A stretch of DNA of 64,000 bases from Candidatus Hodarchaeota archaeon. GTDB lineage: Archaea; Asgardarchaeota; Lokiarchaeia; Sigyniarchaeales; SOKP01. The DNA lies in the NCBI GenBank assembly GCA_048887225.1, contig JBHLJY010000004.1, positions 64,001-128,000 of the forward strand, given 5' to 3'. This document shows, piece by piece, positions 1 to 9,729 of this stretch (its first letter is position 1; every line of letters starts with the position of its first letter). The notes beneath the pieces are model-generated. The model searched no databases. It worked only from the letters and a program-made list of their open reading frames with translations, and was not told where the DNA came from. A program made the translations under genes and the position numbers.

Positions 1-415
1 TTACTTGGCCCGTCGGTAATCCTGTATCTCCTGCTGGAACCCATATATCTACTGGAGTGATTTCATCGGGCTTAGCTGGTACCATCCATTCTGTTTCGTT
101 AAAAATCTTTTTTAATTCAAACATATTAGTGTTTGTAAAAACGAGACTTGATTGTCCTGGAATATTTCTTGCAAACTCGTCTAGATTAGGCTTTTTCGAT
201 TCCTTTTGATATTTCTCAATGGCTCGGATTTGTAAGTTTTTCTTTGACATTCGAATTTCCGCTTTTCCTCTTAAAATATTGCGCGTGTCTTGAATTTGCC
301 TATCGTTAATGTGAGCCATTTCTATGACTGCCACATTTTTATATTTCTTAAATAAATCTACTAAATAATCAATCTCGTCTAATTTCCATTGCGGAATTTG
401 TTTTTTCGAAATCAT
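1..415 (-). CDS. rpl10: 50S ribosomal protein L10/P0 (uL10), 5' part; runs off the window edge
   Basis: Manual translation from ATG at 415 gives MISKKQIPQWKLDEIDYL...IRMSKKNL...WMVPAKP...VPAGDTGLPTGQV, a typical archaeal P0 N-terminus; lies directly downstream of rpl1. Confidence 0.93.
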   Translation of the reverse strand, partial: MISKKQIPQWKLDEIDYLVDLFKKYKNVAVIEMAHINDRQIQDTRNILRGKAEIRMSKKNLQIRAIEKYQKESKKPNLDEFARNIPGQSSLVFTNTNMFELKKIFNETEWMVPAKPDEITPVDIWVPAGDTGLPTGQV

Positions 416-419
416 TTTT

Positions 420-1148
420 TCACACACCTACATTTTTTAAGTATACCTCATCAATTTTAATGGGTTTACCCATAGTAGTTTTTATAAACATCGATCTGAA
501 ATTATTATATTTGTGAGGCATTTGGTCTGCGACATAATCAACAACAGCTTTCATGTTTTCTAAAATTTTATCCATTTCCATTGACTTTTTTCCTATCTTT
601 ACCTGTAAAACTGGATGCTTTTTAACAATAATTCTTATAATTTTTTTATATCTCTCAATGGCTATTTTAAGATCACTTACTGATGAGATGATTCCATAAC
701 CACTCGGGAATGGTTTAGGCATTTTCCCTGTGGGTCCCAAGAATCTGGCAAGAAAACGTGCGACATCTCGCATATTTTTGTCTTCAACAATGAAGAAATC
801 ATATTTTTTTACAAATTTCTTTTTGTACTTTTTTTCTTCTCGATCTAAAGCCGCTAATCCATCTGCATTAAGTGTATCTAGTCCTAAATTTTTAGCTTCT
901 AATAATATATCATCAGAAGCAATAACACAGACTTTTGGGTTATCATCAGTTATTACATCGTTAGGCAATATCAACTCTTTGTCAATTCTTTGTTTCGGAT
1001 CATTTAAATTAATATCTTTTATATTTATAATCAAATCAATTGTTTCGTCGAAGTTTCGCACTTTATCTTTGAATCCTTCTCGCTTTATAACCGAAAAATC
1101 AATCGCAGCGTTTAAAGACCTTTTTAATAATTTATCGTCAACTTTCAT
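420..1148 (-). CDS. rpl1: 50S ribosomal protein L1 (uL1)
   Basis: RNFDETIDL, LGPTGKMPKP and KTTMGKPI motifs; L11-L1-L10 gene order. Confidence 0.96.
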   Translation of the reverse strand: MKVDDKLLKRSLNAAIDFSVIKREGFKDKVRNFDETIDLIINIKDINLNDPKQRIDKELILPNDVITDDNPKVCVIASDDILLEAKNLGLDTLNADGLAALDREEKKYKKKFVKKYDFFIVEDKNMRDVARFLARFLGPTGKMPKPFPSGYGIISSVSDLKIAIERYKKIIRIIVKKHPVLQVKIGKKSMEMDKILENMKAVVDYVADQMPHKYNNFRSMFIKTTMGKPIKIDEVYLKNVGV

Positions 1149-1151
1149 TTT

Positions 1152-1713
1152 TTACAAATCCTCCTTTATTTTATCATCGTATTCTCCATTATTAATTCTC
1201 TCTTGAATGATCCTAGGGTCCTCTCCTTCAACAGTTAGGCCTACAGATAAGGCGGTTCCTAATACTGTTTTAACACCAGTTTTAAATGTTTTATCTAAAA
1301 AGATGTCTTTTTTAGCATTTGCGACCGAAATTATTTGGTCAAGAGTTAAATTACCAATTTTATCCTCTCCTGGATTTGAAGAACCCTTCTCAACTCCAAC
1401 TTCTTTCAATAATAATGAAGCTGTAGAAGGAGTTTCTACAAAAATTTCAAATTGTTTTGTCTCAGGATCACACTCAATTCTCACTGGAACAGTTAATCCT
1501 TTAAACACCATTGTTTTTTCGTTTACAGCATCAATGACATCCTTAATATTGATACCCGTTGGACCTTAAGCCAATAATTCGAAATGAATTATTTACAGCC
1601 GGTCCAATTGGAGGTCCTCCTGAAGCATTAGGGGTAATTTTCGAAGTGAAAGTTTATTATACACTCCCTCCAGTCACAAGGGCCTTTACTACAACCTTTC
1701 CTTTTTTACTCAT
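1152..1713 (-). CDS. rpl11: 50S ribosomal protein L11 (uL11), intron-split; exons 1713-1664, 1627-1595, 1566-1152; spliced product 165 aa
   Basis: The ORF track shows only the last 119 aa. Removing 1628-1663 and 1567-1594 gives MSKKGKVVVKALVTGGSASGGPPIGPAVGPTGINIKDVIDAVNEKTMVFKGLTVPVRI..., the conserved L11 N-terminus; 498 nt = 166 codons. Confidence 0.93.
1567..1594 (-). other. BHB-type intron 2 in rpl11 mRNA (28 nt, canonical)
   Basis: UUGGACC-GGCU-[GU^A]-AAUAAUUC-loop AUUUC-GAAUUAUU-GGCU-[UA^A]-GGUCCAA: 7-bp exon stem, 4-bp helix with 2 G-U pairs, 8-bp intron stem; excision restores the frame (GCT GTA GGT CCA, A-V-G-P). Confidence 0.9.
1628..1663 (-). other. BHB-type intron 1 in rpl11 mRNA (36 nt, relaxed exon-side helix)
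   Basis: Minus strand reads AGGG-[AG^U]-GUA...UAC-CCCU-[AA^U]. Central 4-bp helix AGGG/CCCU with two 3-nt bulges; carries in-frame TAA TAA; excision gives GGG AGT GCT (G-S-A). Confidence 0.82.
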
Positions 1714-1917
1714 CGCTATCAAATTATTATCTTAAATTTGTTTCAAAATATATCATTAAAGGTTTAGGAACGCATCGTTTTTTCAATAGAATTTATTTCA
1801 ATATCTCAATTATATTGAAACCGCTATAATTTGCGTCCTAAGTCTATAAGAAAATATTTTGAACTTAGTGTGTTGGAAAGTGAATTAGAATTAAAAAAGT
1901 TTATTAAAAGATATCGT

Positions 1918-2103
1918 TTAAAATCTGCAACATAATCTTCGACCATAGTCGAGATTGCTCTTCAAATATTCATTCTCCAGTATTTTCATAACTTTATCAT
2001 ACTCGAGATTTAACTTTTTTACAATATCTTCTATCTCAATACCAGGTGTAGATATCAATCTAAAAATCTCTTTTTTTACATCTTCATTAACTTCTTCAGT
2101 CAT
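1918..2103 (-). CDS. Small hypothetical protein, HTH-like, ending RRLCCRF
   Basis: 61-aa ORF co-oriented between the Fe-S protein and rpl11. Confidence 0.55.
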   Translation of the reverse strand: MTEEVNEDVKKEIFRLISTPGIEIEDIVKKLNLEYDKVMKILENEYLKSNLDYGRRLCCRF

Positions 2104-2163
2104 TGTTTTTTAGATAATAATTTCTATATTTTAATATTTAGCTTAATTTTTAAAAATAAAATT

Positions 2164-3228
2164 TTATTTCGAACTTTTTCTTTTACCTTCAATTATAGCC
2201 TTCCCTAATTCTAGTACTCTGTCGAAGGGTTCCTCACCATCTTTCCTTAGTTGTAGAATTATTGCTTCTTCTGGACAAACGTTAGCACATAATCCACACC
2301 CGAGGCATAGATCTGTATTAACTATTGCGAAATCTTCCAATTGTATTGCTTCAACTGGGCATCGTTCTACGCAATTACCACATCCAACACATGTTTCTCG
2401 ATCTATTATGGATTCGAACATTGCGTTTAGAAATCTATGTTTATCTAGTCCTTTTTGCGTTATTCCTTTCATAGATGCACAACAACAAGGACAGCAATTA
2501 CATATATTTGACAAGTGTTTGGAATTAACTCCTGCATGAATCAGGCCTGCATTGTCTGCTTCTTCAATAATATTTATAGCCTCCTCAGCAGAAATTTCCC
2601 TACCGACCCCATTTTCAATGTAATATTCAGCTGCAACCCCGAAGGATAAACAGTTTTCTATTGGACCATCGCAACCTTCACCGTTTAATTTTGCTTCTTT
2701 ACGGCAAATACATTCGTATACTGCTATTTTTCTGGCATTTTTAATACTCTCTTTGAGTTTATGGTAAGGGTACAGAACAGTATGAGCTTCTATTGTTTCT
2801 TCAACAGGAAGCACCTTGAATCCCGGTACATTACTTGCCCCCATTTCATTCATATATGCTAAATCATAATATTTTTTAAACATTTTTGCGAGCTCTTCAT
2901 CTAGTTTTCCAACGGAGTACTCATATAATCCAACCATAAACGGTGCTGAATTGTAAAGTGTCTTCCCATCTCGTCTAACACGGAAAATGAGTCCCTTTCT
3001 TGACATTGAATCTAATTTTTCTTCTACTTCTTTTATTTCCGATCCTACTCGTCTAGCAATTCGAGATGCTTTTTCGGGAATAGGAGTTAGGAATATTGCT
3101 ATTTTTGCTTCTTCTTCCGTAAAAAGTCTTTTCAAGATCTTGATTTCAATCCCGTTTGATGTTTTAGGATAGCCTAATGGGAACCGATCTAAAAATTCTC
3201 TTAACTTTAAGTAAGCCTTTTCAGACAT
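2164..3228 (-). CDS. 4Fe-4S dicluster-domain protein with N-terminal winged-helix region
   Basis: CICR, ICNCCPCCC and two CxxCxxCxxxCP motifs. Confidence 0.85.
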   Translation of the reverse strand: MSEKAYLKLREFLDRFPLGYPKTSNGIEIKILKRLFTEEEAKIAIFLTPIPEKASRIARRVGSEIKEVEEKLDSMSRKGLIFRVRRDGKTLYNSAPFMVGLYEYSVGKLDEELAKMFKKYYDLAYMNEMGASNVPGFKVLPVEETIEAHTVLYPYHKLKESIKNARKIAVYECICRKEAKLNGEGCDGPIENCLSFGVAAEYYIENGVGREISAEEAINIIEEADNAGLIHAGVNSKHLSNICNCCPCCCASMKGITQKGLDKHRFLNAMFESIIDRETCVGCGNCVERCPVEAIQLEDFAIVNTDLCLGCGLCANVCPEEAIILQLRKDGEEPFDRVLELGKAIIEGKRKSSK

Positions 3229-3355
3229 ATACTTTAACCTCAGTGCTTATTTTGAAATATTGAAAAATAAATAAGAATTTTATTTTTATCATCAATAGGA
3301 CTCTTATTAATTATGAAAAAACCATAGGTTAATTAAATTTATATTACTTATAGAT

Positions 3356-3955
3356 TTGATGAATAACGAAAAGGACTTATCCATCGTAGATTCTGATGAG
3401 AAAATCAATATCATTAATCAAATTCAAGAGATTCTAAATTATATTAAAGTAAAAAAATTTGTTAAATTAATACCAGAAGTTCGCACAAATATCGCAGGTG
3501 CTTTAAATAATGCAATGAAATTGGAGGATGTTGCCGGAGTTGATGGCAGAATTACAATTATCGATGGTATGCCAAAAGCTGCAGGTGATATTAAATTTGG
3601 AACCGCCGAACATACTGCTAGGTTGATTTTAACAACAAAAAAATTCGATAGTTCAATTAATTTTGTGATTAATCTGAGATATAGTCCTGAATTAATAGAA
3701 GCTATTCAAAAAAAAACTAATTTAGAAATGTTTGAGATAATTCGGGAAAATGAACGCGAAGAAAATCAAAAAAAGGAATTAACCACCATGCAGTGGCTAA
3801 TTAAGGAAAGTTTTATTGAAAAAGGAAAGATTCCAGATATCATTTGGGATAAAGGTGCAATCGGCAAAGAACCAATGATTAGATTGTTTGCAAGAAATTC
3901 AAATGATATGATAAAAAAACTAAGTAAAATTCTTGACCTAATTAATAGTGATTAA
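3356..3955 (+). CDS. Thiamine-phosphate synthase ThiN-family (ThiP_synth) domain protein
   Basis: LIPEVRTNIA, VAGVDGRI, FGTAEHTAR and DKGAIGKEPMI motifs; adjacent to thiW. Confidence 0.85.
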   Translation: MMNNEKDLSIVDSDEKINIINQIQEILNYIKVKKFVKLIPEVRTNIAGALNNAMKLEDVAGVDGRITIIDGMPKAAGDIKFGTAEHTARLILTTKKFDSSINFVINLRYSPELIEAIQKKTNLEMFEIIRENEREENQKKELTTMQWLIKESFIEKGKIPDIIWDKGAIGKEPMIRLFARNSNDMIKKLSKILDLINSD

Positions 3956-4048
3956 TATTTTAAATATAAAAATTTCATATAAATTTAAAAAATATTAAAA
4001 TAGGTTTATTAATTAATTAAAAAAAACCATCTGAATTATGTAGAAACC

Positions 4049-4621
4049 ATGAATGAAGAAATTTCGGAAAGATTAGATGTTAAAGCTAAAGAAAAAACAC
4101 TTTTACAGACTAATCTGACAAAAAGAGTAGCAACGGCTGGAATATTTATTGCGGTTGGGTTAATTTTAAGTTACTTAAATCCCTTTGCCTACTTTACAAT
4201 TTTTGGGACTAAAATCAATCCATTCGCTCACTTCATTAATGCAATGACAGGAGTTTTAATTGGACTATCATTTGCTTGTGTAGTTGCATTAGGTATCGCA
4301 ATTTTACGTTTTGTTCTTGGAATAGGTACAATCCACGCTTTCCATGGGGGGATCTCTGGAGCTGTTGTTGTTGGCCTATCGGCTTATATTTTACGAAAAA
4401 AATCTCCTAAACATGTAGAATTAGCAGCGTTTACTGAACCAATAGGTACAGTATTTATTGGAGGTACAATTGCTCAATTAATCGCACCTCTCGGAGGCAT
4501 TGAGGGTTTATTTATTTATTGGGGATTATTTGCTATGAGCTGTATACCTGGCTGCGTTTTAGGTTATTTAATGTTAAGAGTCCTAAAAAGAGCAGATATC
4601 ACATGGGAAGATTACTTTTAA
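4049..4621 (+). CDS. thiW: ECF transporter S component, ThiW (thiazole) family
   Basis: NPFAHFINAMTGVLIG, GTIHAFHGGISGA and EPIGTVFIG motifs; multiple TM segments. Confidence 0.82.
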   Translation: MNEEISERLDVKAKEKTLLQTNLTKRVATAGIFIAVGLILSYLNPFAYFTIFGTKINPFAHFINAMTGVLIGLSFACVVALGIAILRFVLGIGTIHAFHGGISGAVVVGLSAYILRKKSPKHVELAAFTEPIGTVFIGGTIAQLIAPLGGIEGLFIYWGLFAMSCIPGCVLGYLMLRVLKRADITWEDYF

Positions 4622-4643
4622 TAATTATTCCACTTTTTTTTTA

Positions 4644-5237
4644 ATGTTTATGAAATTCCGCGAGAATTTAGATTTCAACGAGTTTATTGGTCATCAAACT
4701 CTATTATATGGTGAAACAGATACAAAAAAGACCTATTATACAGCAAGATTTGTTCAATTTCTTCTAAAAGTTAAAAAAACTAACCCTAAAGATATAACCA
4801 TCTTAGATTTTGCCCCTAAATTGTTTAAATACTATGGTATAAGGATTGGAGGGAAAATCGAGGATTATTTTCCACAGAGCTTAAAATGTAATAATCTTGT
4901 TTTTAAAGGAGAAATAATACCACCCCGGCTAAGGGCAAGTAATAAAAGTGAGCTATATAATAATACCTGTAAAAACTACAAAAAAACTCACGAAATTTTA
5001 AAATTTTATAACGAGAATCCAACTCAAGTTTTAATAATTAACGATATTTCTATATATCTTCATCTTGGAAGTAAAAAATTTTTATTAGAAACAATTAAAA
5101 AAGCAGATACGTTTTTTGGAAATACTTATTACGGTTCTTTTATAGAGCGTAATTTTGCTAGTCTTTTTAGCTTGAAGGAAAAGCGTGTCGTTGAATCTCT
5201 CATTAAAAAAATTGAAAAGTCTTATTCTACGGATTAA
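4644..5237 (+). CDS. Hypothetical protein with degenerate P-loop (HerA/RecA-like fold)
   Basis: LLYGETDTKKT Walker A-like motif; LIIND Walker B-like motif. Confidence 0.55.
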   Translation: MFMKFRENLDFNEFIGHQTLLYGETDTKKTYYTARFVQFLLKVKKTNPKDITILDFAPKLFKYYGIRIGGKIEDYFPQSLKCNNLVFKGEIIPPRLRASNKSELYNNTCKNYKKTHEILKFYNENPTQVLIINDISIYLHLGSKKFLLETIKKADTFFGNTYYGSFIERNFASLFSLKEKRVVESLIKKIEKSYSTD

Positions 5238-5282
5238 ACACCTTCTAATAGTAAATTAAGGAGGAATAAAGCTTTTTGTCGT

Positions 5283-5597
5283 TTAGCCAATTTCCATCCC
5301 TTTATATTTTTGTTCTTGAACACTCATTATCCATTTTCTTATATTTTTTACCATTTTAAACACATCTGGTAGAGGACGAATTGATTTATTGACAAATTCA
5401 ACACCTTTCATAGAAATAGCATAATACTTCTTTCCATCTTTTTTAAGTGATTTTTCTAAATACCCTTTCTTAATTAACCTATTTATTTCTGTATAAACTG
5501 AAGATTTTCTATTCAAACCTTCTCTAATTTGCCTTTCCGACAATGGTGCTGAATAAAACAACACATATATAATCTTCTCTTCTGTTGTCCCAAGCAA
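5283..5597 (-). CDS. Winged-helix DNA-binding protein
   Basis: HTH plus wing pattern (SVYTEINRLIKKGYLEK...YYAISMKG). Confidence 0.65.
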   Translation of the reverse strand: MLGTTEEKIIYVLFYSAPLSERQIREGLNRKSSVYTEINRLIKKGYLEKSLKKDGKKYYAISMKGVEFVNKSIRPLPDVFKMVKNIRKWIMSVQEQKYKGMEIG

Positions 5598-5731
5598 ATT
5601 TGTTCATCTCAAAAAAAAAATCACTCATTCTTTTTCAATTTCTTCTTTAATTAATTCTTTATTTTATAGCAATTTATACTTATATATTTAAAAAATAAAT
5701 TTAAAACTATAATAATCAAGATGATGATTAT

Positions 5732-7294
5732 ATGAATCGGACTGAAACTGACTCTGAGCCCCCTTTAGAATTTACATTAGATAGAAAAAAAATAATAGCA
5801 AATTTAATGGAATTAATACCAAAAATGAAAGAACTTAATAAGAAATCTAAAGAGATCTTACCAACAATTCAAAAACCAAAATTGCAAGTTATAGCACCTG
5901 ATTCAAATACGATAAAAAATGATTTAGAAAAGATTTGTAGCGTCCCCCACAGGAGGATTGGAACAGAAGAAGCTCATGAGATTGAAAATTTTATTGAAAA
6001 AACATGTAGAAAATTAGGGCTTATTAATGTCAAAAAAGAAACATTTGAGATTATAAATTGGGTTGCGACTAATTGGAAGATATTAATTAAAGCAAATAAT
6101 GAGATTATTGAAATTCCATGTTTCTATGTTTTAAATACTGAATTTACAGATAAAAATGGGATTACTGCGCCTCTAATATATGTAGGAGCTGGTTCAAAAA
6201 AGGATTTTAAAAAAAAAGATGTTAATGGAAAGATTGTAGTAGCAGATATAGAATTCCCTACTCTACCATTAGGCAAATTACTAAAAATAGCAGAACCATA
6301 TTATATCGCTGATCCCACAAATACAATTGCTGATACAACAGAAATTATTCTAACTTTTGCTCTTACAAACTTTCCACCACAATCTTTAGGTGGAAAACCA
6401 AGAGAAGATTCAGTATATTGGCGAGCAGTACGTAGAGGTGCTTTAGGATTAATTCTGATCTTACGTGATGCTCCTACTAATATTAATTCTCATTGGGGGC
6501 CTTATGATGGTTCATTCAAACCTGTTCCTGCTTTATATGTTGGGAAATATGATGGAATGAAGGTTAAAGAATTGGTTCAAACAGAAGCCTCTCAAGGTAC
6601 TATAATCCTTAATGGATATAAAGAAATCAGTAAAGCAAACAATATATGGGGGATCTTACCTGGTCAATCAGAAGAAATGATAATGGTCTCATCTCATACT
6701 GATTCTGCATTCAAAGGAGCTTCTGAAGATGGTACAGGAGTAGCTATGATTCTTGCTCAATTAAGAGCATGGTCAAAAATTCCTAAAGAGGAAAGACCTA
6801 AATCTTTATTATTTGTTTTGACAGCAGGTCATCTTTACGGAGGTATTGGTGCAGAAACATTTGCGAAGAAATACAGAGATAGTTTATTAAGAAATGTTTT
6901 AGTTGATATAAATCTTGAGCATATGTGTGCTAAAGAGGTTGAAGAAGACCCAGAAACTCATAATTATCGATTTACAAACAACCTTGCATTAGGAGCAGTG
7001 TTTTTAACTCATAATGAAACCTTAGTTGCTCATACGATAAAAGCATTCAAAGAGCATAAAATAGAGCGTATGATTTTAATTCCAGAAAACTTCTTCGCTA
7101 CTCCTGCAATTGGAGAAGCAGGACATTTTACCAGTTATAGCGATTTAAAAATTATTCATTGGATACGATCGCCGTATTATCTTCTAACAGCAGAGGATAC
7201 TTTAGATAAAATTGCCATAGATAAATTACACCCAACTGCTCAATGTGTGACTGATTTAATTAATTCATTAATGCAGCTATCAACAAAACCTTAA
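5732..7294 (+). CDS. M28-family metallopeptidase with PA domain
   Basis: HRRIGT, SSHTDS, EDGTG and NLEH motifs; PA insert DVNGKIVV. Confidence 0.8.
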   Translation: MNRTETDSEPPLEFTLDRKKIIANLMELIPKMKELNKKSKEILPTIQKPKLQVIAPDSNTIKNDLEKICSVPHRRIGTEEAHEIENFIEKTCRKLGLINVKKETFEIINWVATNWKILIKANNEIIEIPCFYVLNTEFTDKNGITAPLIYVGAGSKKDFKKKDVNGKIVVADIEFPTLPLGKLLKIAEPYYIADPTNTIADTTEIILTFALTNFPPQSLGGKPREDSVYWRAVRRGALGLILILRDAPTNINSHWGPYDGSFKPVPALYVGKYDGMKVKELVQTEASQGTIILNGYKEISKANNIWGILPGQSEEMIMVSSHTDSAFKGASEDGTGVAMILAQLRAWSKIPKEERPKSLLFVLTAGHLYGGIGAETFAKKYRDSLLRNVLVDINLEHMCAKEVEEDPETHNYRFTNNLALGAVFLTHNETLVAHTIKAFKEHKIERMILIPENFFATPAIGEAGHFTSYSDLKIIHWIRSPYYLLTAEDTLDKIAIDKLHPTAQCVTDLINSLMQLSTKP

Positions 7295-7522
7295 TCGCGC
7301 TCTTTTTTAATAATAATTTGAAGATTTAATAAATTTTAGAATTATTATTGAAATATCGTTTTTAAATAATGTTTTAAAACTGAATCTATTTAGTCTTACT
7401 CACTTTATTTTTTTTTTAAAAATTTTATTGTCAAACATTAACTTTTTAATAAGATATTTTAACAGATAACTTATCTTTTATTATGAACTTTTTTTTATAG
7501 TTTCCTTTTTATAATTTTTTTA

Positions 7523-7768
7523 ATGTTAGATGAAATTGACTATATGAAACCATTGGAAAATTATAATTTAAAAATTAGATATATAAATGGACAAAAATTA
7601 TTAAAGGATATTCTGCATAAATTTAATCAAGAAAGTGTAATGAAGGATTTCTTAGAGGAGATTGAGGGCTTTATAAAAGGTATTCATGAAGTTTTTCCTA
7701 GATATTCAAAAGAAATAAAAATGCAATGTGAAAAAATACATCATTTTTTAAACTCAGAATCAGTCTAA
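7523..7768 (+). CDS. Hypothetical protein
   Basis: 81-aa ATG-initiated ORF in an otherwise empty intergenic region. Confidence 0.4.
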   Translation: MLDEIDYMKPLENYNLKIRYINGQKLLKDILHKFNQESVMKDFLEEIEGFIKGIHEVFPRYSKEIKMQCEKIHHFLNSESV

Positions 7769-7827
7769 TGCTTTTTAAATTTTTTTTTTCTGATTTCTAA
7801 ATAATAGTTTTTAATCTTTTCTTTCTA

Positions 7828-9729
7828 CTATAAAATTGGTAGTTTTACTGTAAATGTACTACCCATTTTTCTTCCTCCAGATTCAGCCCAAATATGACCT
7901 CCATGTAAATCAATGATTTCCTTACAGATATATAAACCAAGGCCTGAACCCTTTCTATCAACATATTCTAATCCTTCTCCAAATCTCTCTATTTTTCCAA
8001 ATCTGGTGAATAATAGATTCATTTCTTTTTTAGTTAATCCTATACCCGTATCACTTACTGAAAAAATAACCCAATCCTCTTGTCTCCATAAACTTATATC
8101 AATTTTTCCATTAGGTGGCGTATTATTTATAGCATTTGACAAGAGATTTGTAATTACTTCTCCAATTCTCTTTTTATCTATATTCAAATATAATGCTTCG
8201 GGGAGATTCAAATTTAGTGAAAGTTTTCTATTAATAAGTAAATACTTCATATCTTGAGAACTTTCTCTAATTAATTCACTTAAATTAAGTTTTTCTTTCT
8301 TGACCTCCATCTTATTATCTTCAATTCGAGATACATTTAGTAATTTTGCTACTAGTTCCTTTAATCTGGAGCCACCTTTATTAATCATTTGAATTATTTC
8401 TAATGCTTCTTTTCCAATTTGATCTTTATAAACTGTTGTAAGAAGTTCTGACCCGCTTATAACTGGTATTAAAGGAGTTTTTAATTCATGTGAAACCCTC
8501 GAGATTAAATCTTTCCGAATTTGTTCGAGTTCTTTTAATTTTTCGAATTCTTCTTGAATTAAAAGTTCTGCTCTCTTTCGCTCAGTAATATCTTGTGCTA
8601 TAAACTGTACTAATGTTTTATTTCCAATTTTTATTAAAGAGCCACGGAGATTTACCCAAATAAAACCTCCAGCTGACCTATATAAAGGAAATTCAATCGA
8701 TTCGTTTTTATCACCTTCAAGTATTTTTTTAAAATAGTATGCAAGTGAAGTTATATGTGCTTTATTTTTCTCATTTAACGAAAATATTTCCTTAAAGTTT
8801 TTTCCGAGATAATCATCTATTTTATGGATACTAAGAAAATGACTAGTGGCACTATTACAGGCAATTAAATTTCCATTTAAATCTAAAAGTCCTATGGAAT
8901 AAGGAGAACTTTCGAATAAATGTCTAAATTTTATCTCAGATTCTTTTAACTTTTGTTCAGCTTTTTTCTCATCAGTAATATCTTGTCCTATAAATTGTAT
9001 TAAGGTTTGGTCTTCTATATTTATTAAAGAACTATTGAGACTTATCCATTGAATACTTTTATTAGATCTAACTAAAGGAAATTCAAAAGATTCCGTAGTT
9101 TCTCCATTAACGTTTCTTTTTATTTGATCTAATATTATTGGGATTATTGGTATTTCCTCTTCTTGTATAGAGAAGATTTCTCTAATATTTTTACCGATTA
9201 AATCATCTCTCGTACGCGAAGTAAGAAAATCATTGACGGCAATGTTTATATCTAAAATATTACCCTCTAAATCTAGTATTCCTATAAGAAATGGTGAGCT
9301 TTCAAATAAGTGTCTATATTTTTCTTCACTTGCTTTGAGTTGCTTTTCTGCTTTCTTTCTCTCTGAAATGTCTCTAGCGATACCCAAAACAGCATATATT
9401 TCATTATTTTCTTTCAAAGGGATGCCAATAGTTTCCACATAAATAGTATTACCAGTTTTACTTTTTAATTCATATTCAGTAAGTGTGGATTGTCCTCCTG
9501 TCGTTAAAGTTTCATTTAACTGGGTAAAAGCCTTTTTCAGTTGAATTGTATCTATTAAGTCACCGAAGGAAAGGTTATTAATATCTTCTATAGTATAACC
9601 TAAACTTCTTAATGCGGCATCATTCGCATCAAGGAAATTCCCTTTAAGATCAAAAACATAAATTAAATCTAATGTTTGTTCAAATAAATCTTTGTATTTC
9701 TCTCTTATTTCATCTTTTTTATATGTCAT
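7828..9729 (-). CDS. PAS-domain sensor histidine kinase (3 PAS + HisKA + HATPase)
   Basis: Repeated PAS/PAC ends (DISERK, DITDEK, DITERK); SHELKTPL H-box, NLLSNA N-box, DTGIG and GSGLGL G-boxes. Confidence 0.95.
   Translation of the reverse strand: MTYKKDEIREKYKDLFEQTLDLIYVFDLKGNFLDANDAALRSLGYTIEDINNLSFGDLIDTIQLKKAFTQLNETLTTGGQSTLTEYELKSKTGNTIYVETIGIPLKENNEIYAVLGIARDISERKKAEKQLKASEEKYRHLFESSPFLIGILDLEGNILDINIAVNDFLTSRTRDDLIGKNIREIFSIQEEEIPIIPIILDQIKRNVNGETTESFEFPLVRSNKSIQWISLNSSLINIEDQTLIQFIGQDITDEKKAEQKLKESEIKFRHLFESSPYSIGLLDLNGNLIACNSATSHFLSIHKIDDYLGKNFKEIFSLNEKNKAHITSLAYYFKKILEGDKNESIEFPLYRSAGGFIWVNLRGSLIKIGNKTLVQFIAQDITERKRAELLIQEEFEKLKELEQIRKDLISRVSHELKTPLIPVISGSELLTTVYKDQIGKEALEIIQMINKGGSRLKELVAKLLNVSRIEDNKMEVKKEKLNLSELIRESSQDMKYLLINRKLSLNLNLPEALYLNIDKKRIGEVITNLLSNAINNTPPNGKIDISLWRQEDWVIFSVSDTGIGLTKKEMNLLFTRFGKIERFGEGLEYVDRKGSGLGLYICKEIIDLHGGHIWAESGGRKMGSTFTVKLPIL

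Noticed and set aside
730-1569. Plus-strand ORFs 730-1206 and 1207-1569, and the other short antisense ORFs inside long genes (e.g. 7913, 35049, 41086, 48336, 50496, 58871)
   Set aside because: Shadow ORFs opposite well-supported genes, with no motifs
1565-1662. Spliceosomal-like GT...AG reading of the rpl11 insertions (GTAAAT...TTAAG, 32 nt; GTATAA...CTAAT...TCAG, 43 nt)
   Set aside because: Neither removal alone nor both together (75 nt) restores the L11 frame, which needs 36+28 nt. BHB cleavage does.
1152-1713. rpl11 and the AIR-synthase-related gene as pseudogenes, sequencing errors or programmed frameshifts
   Set aside because: The disruptions are discrete structured insertions of 28-36 nt, not single-base indels or slippery sites, and the flanking coding sequence is intact
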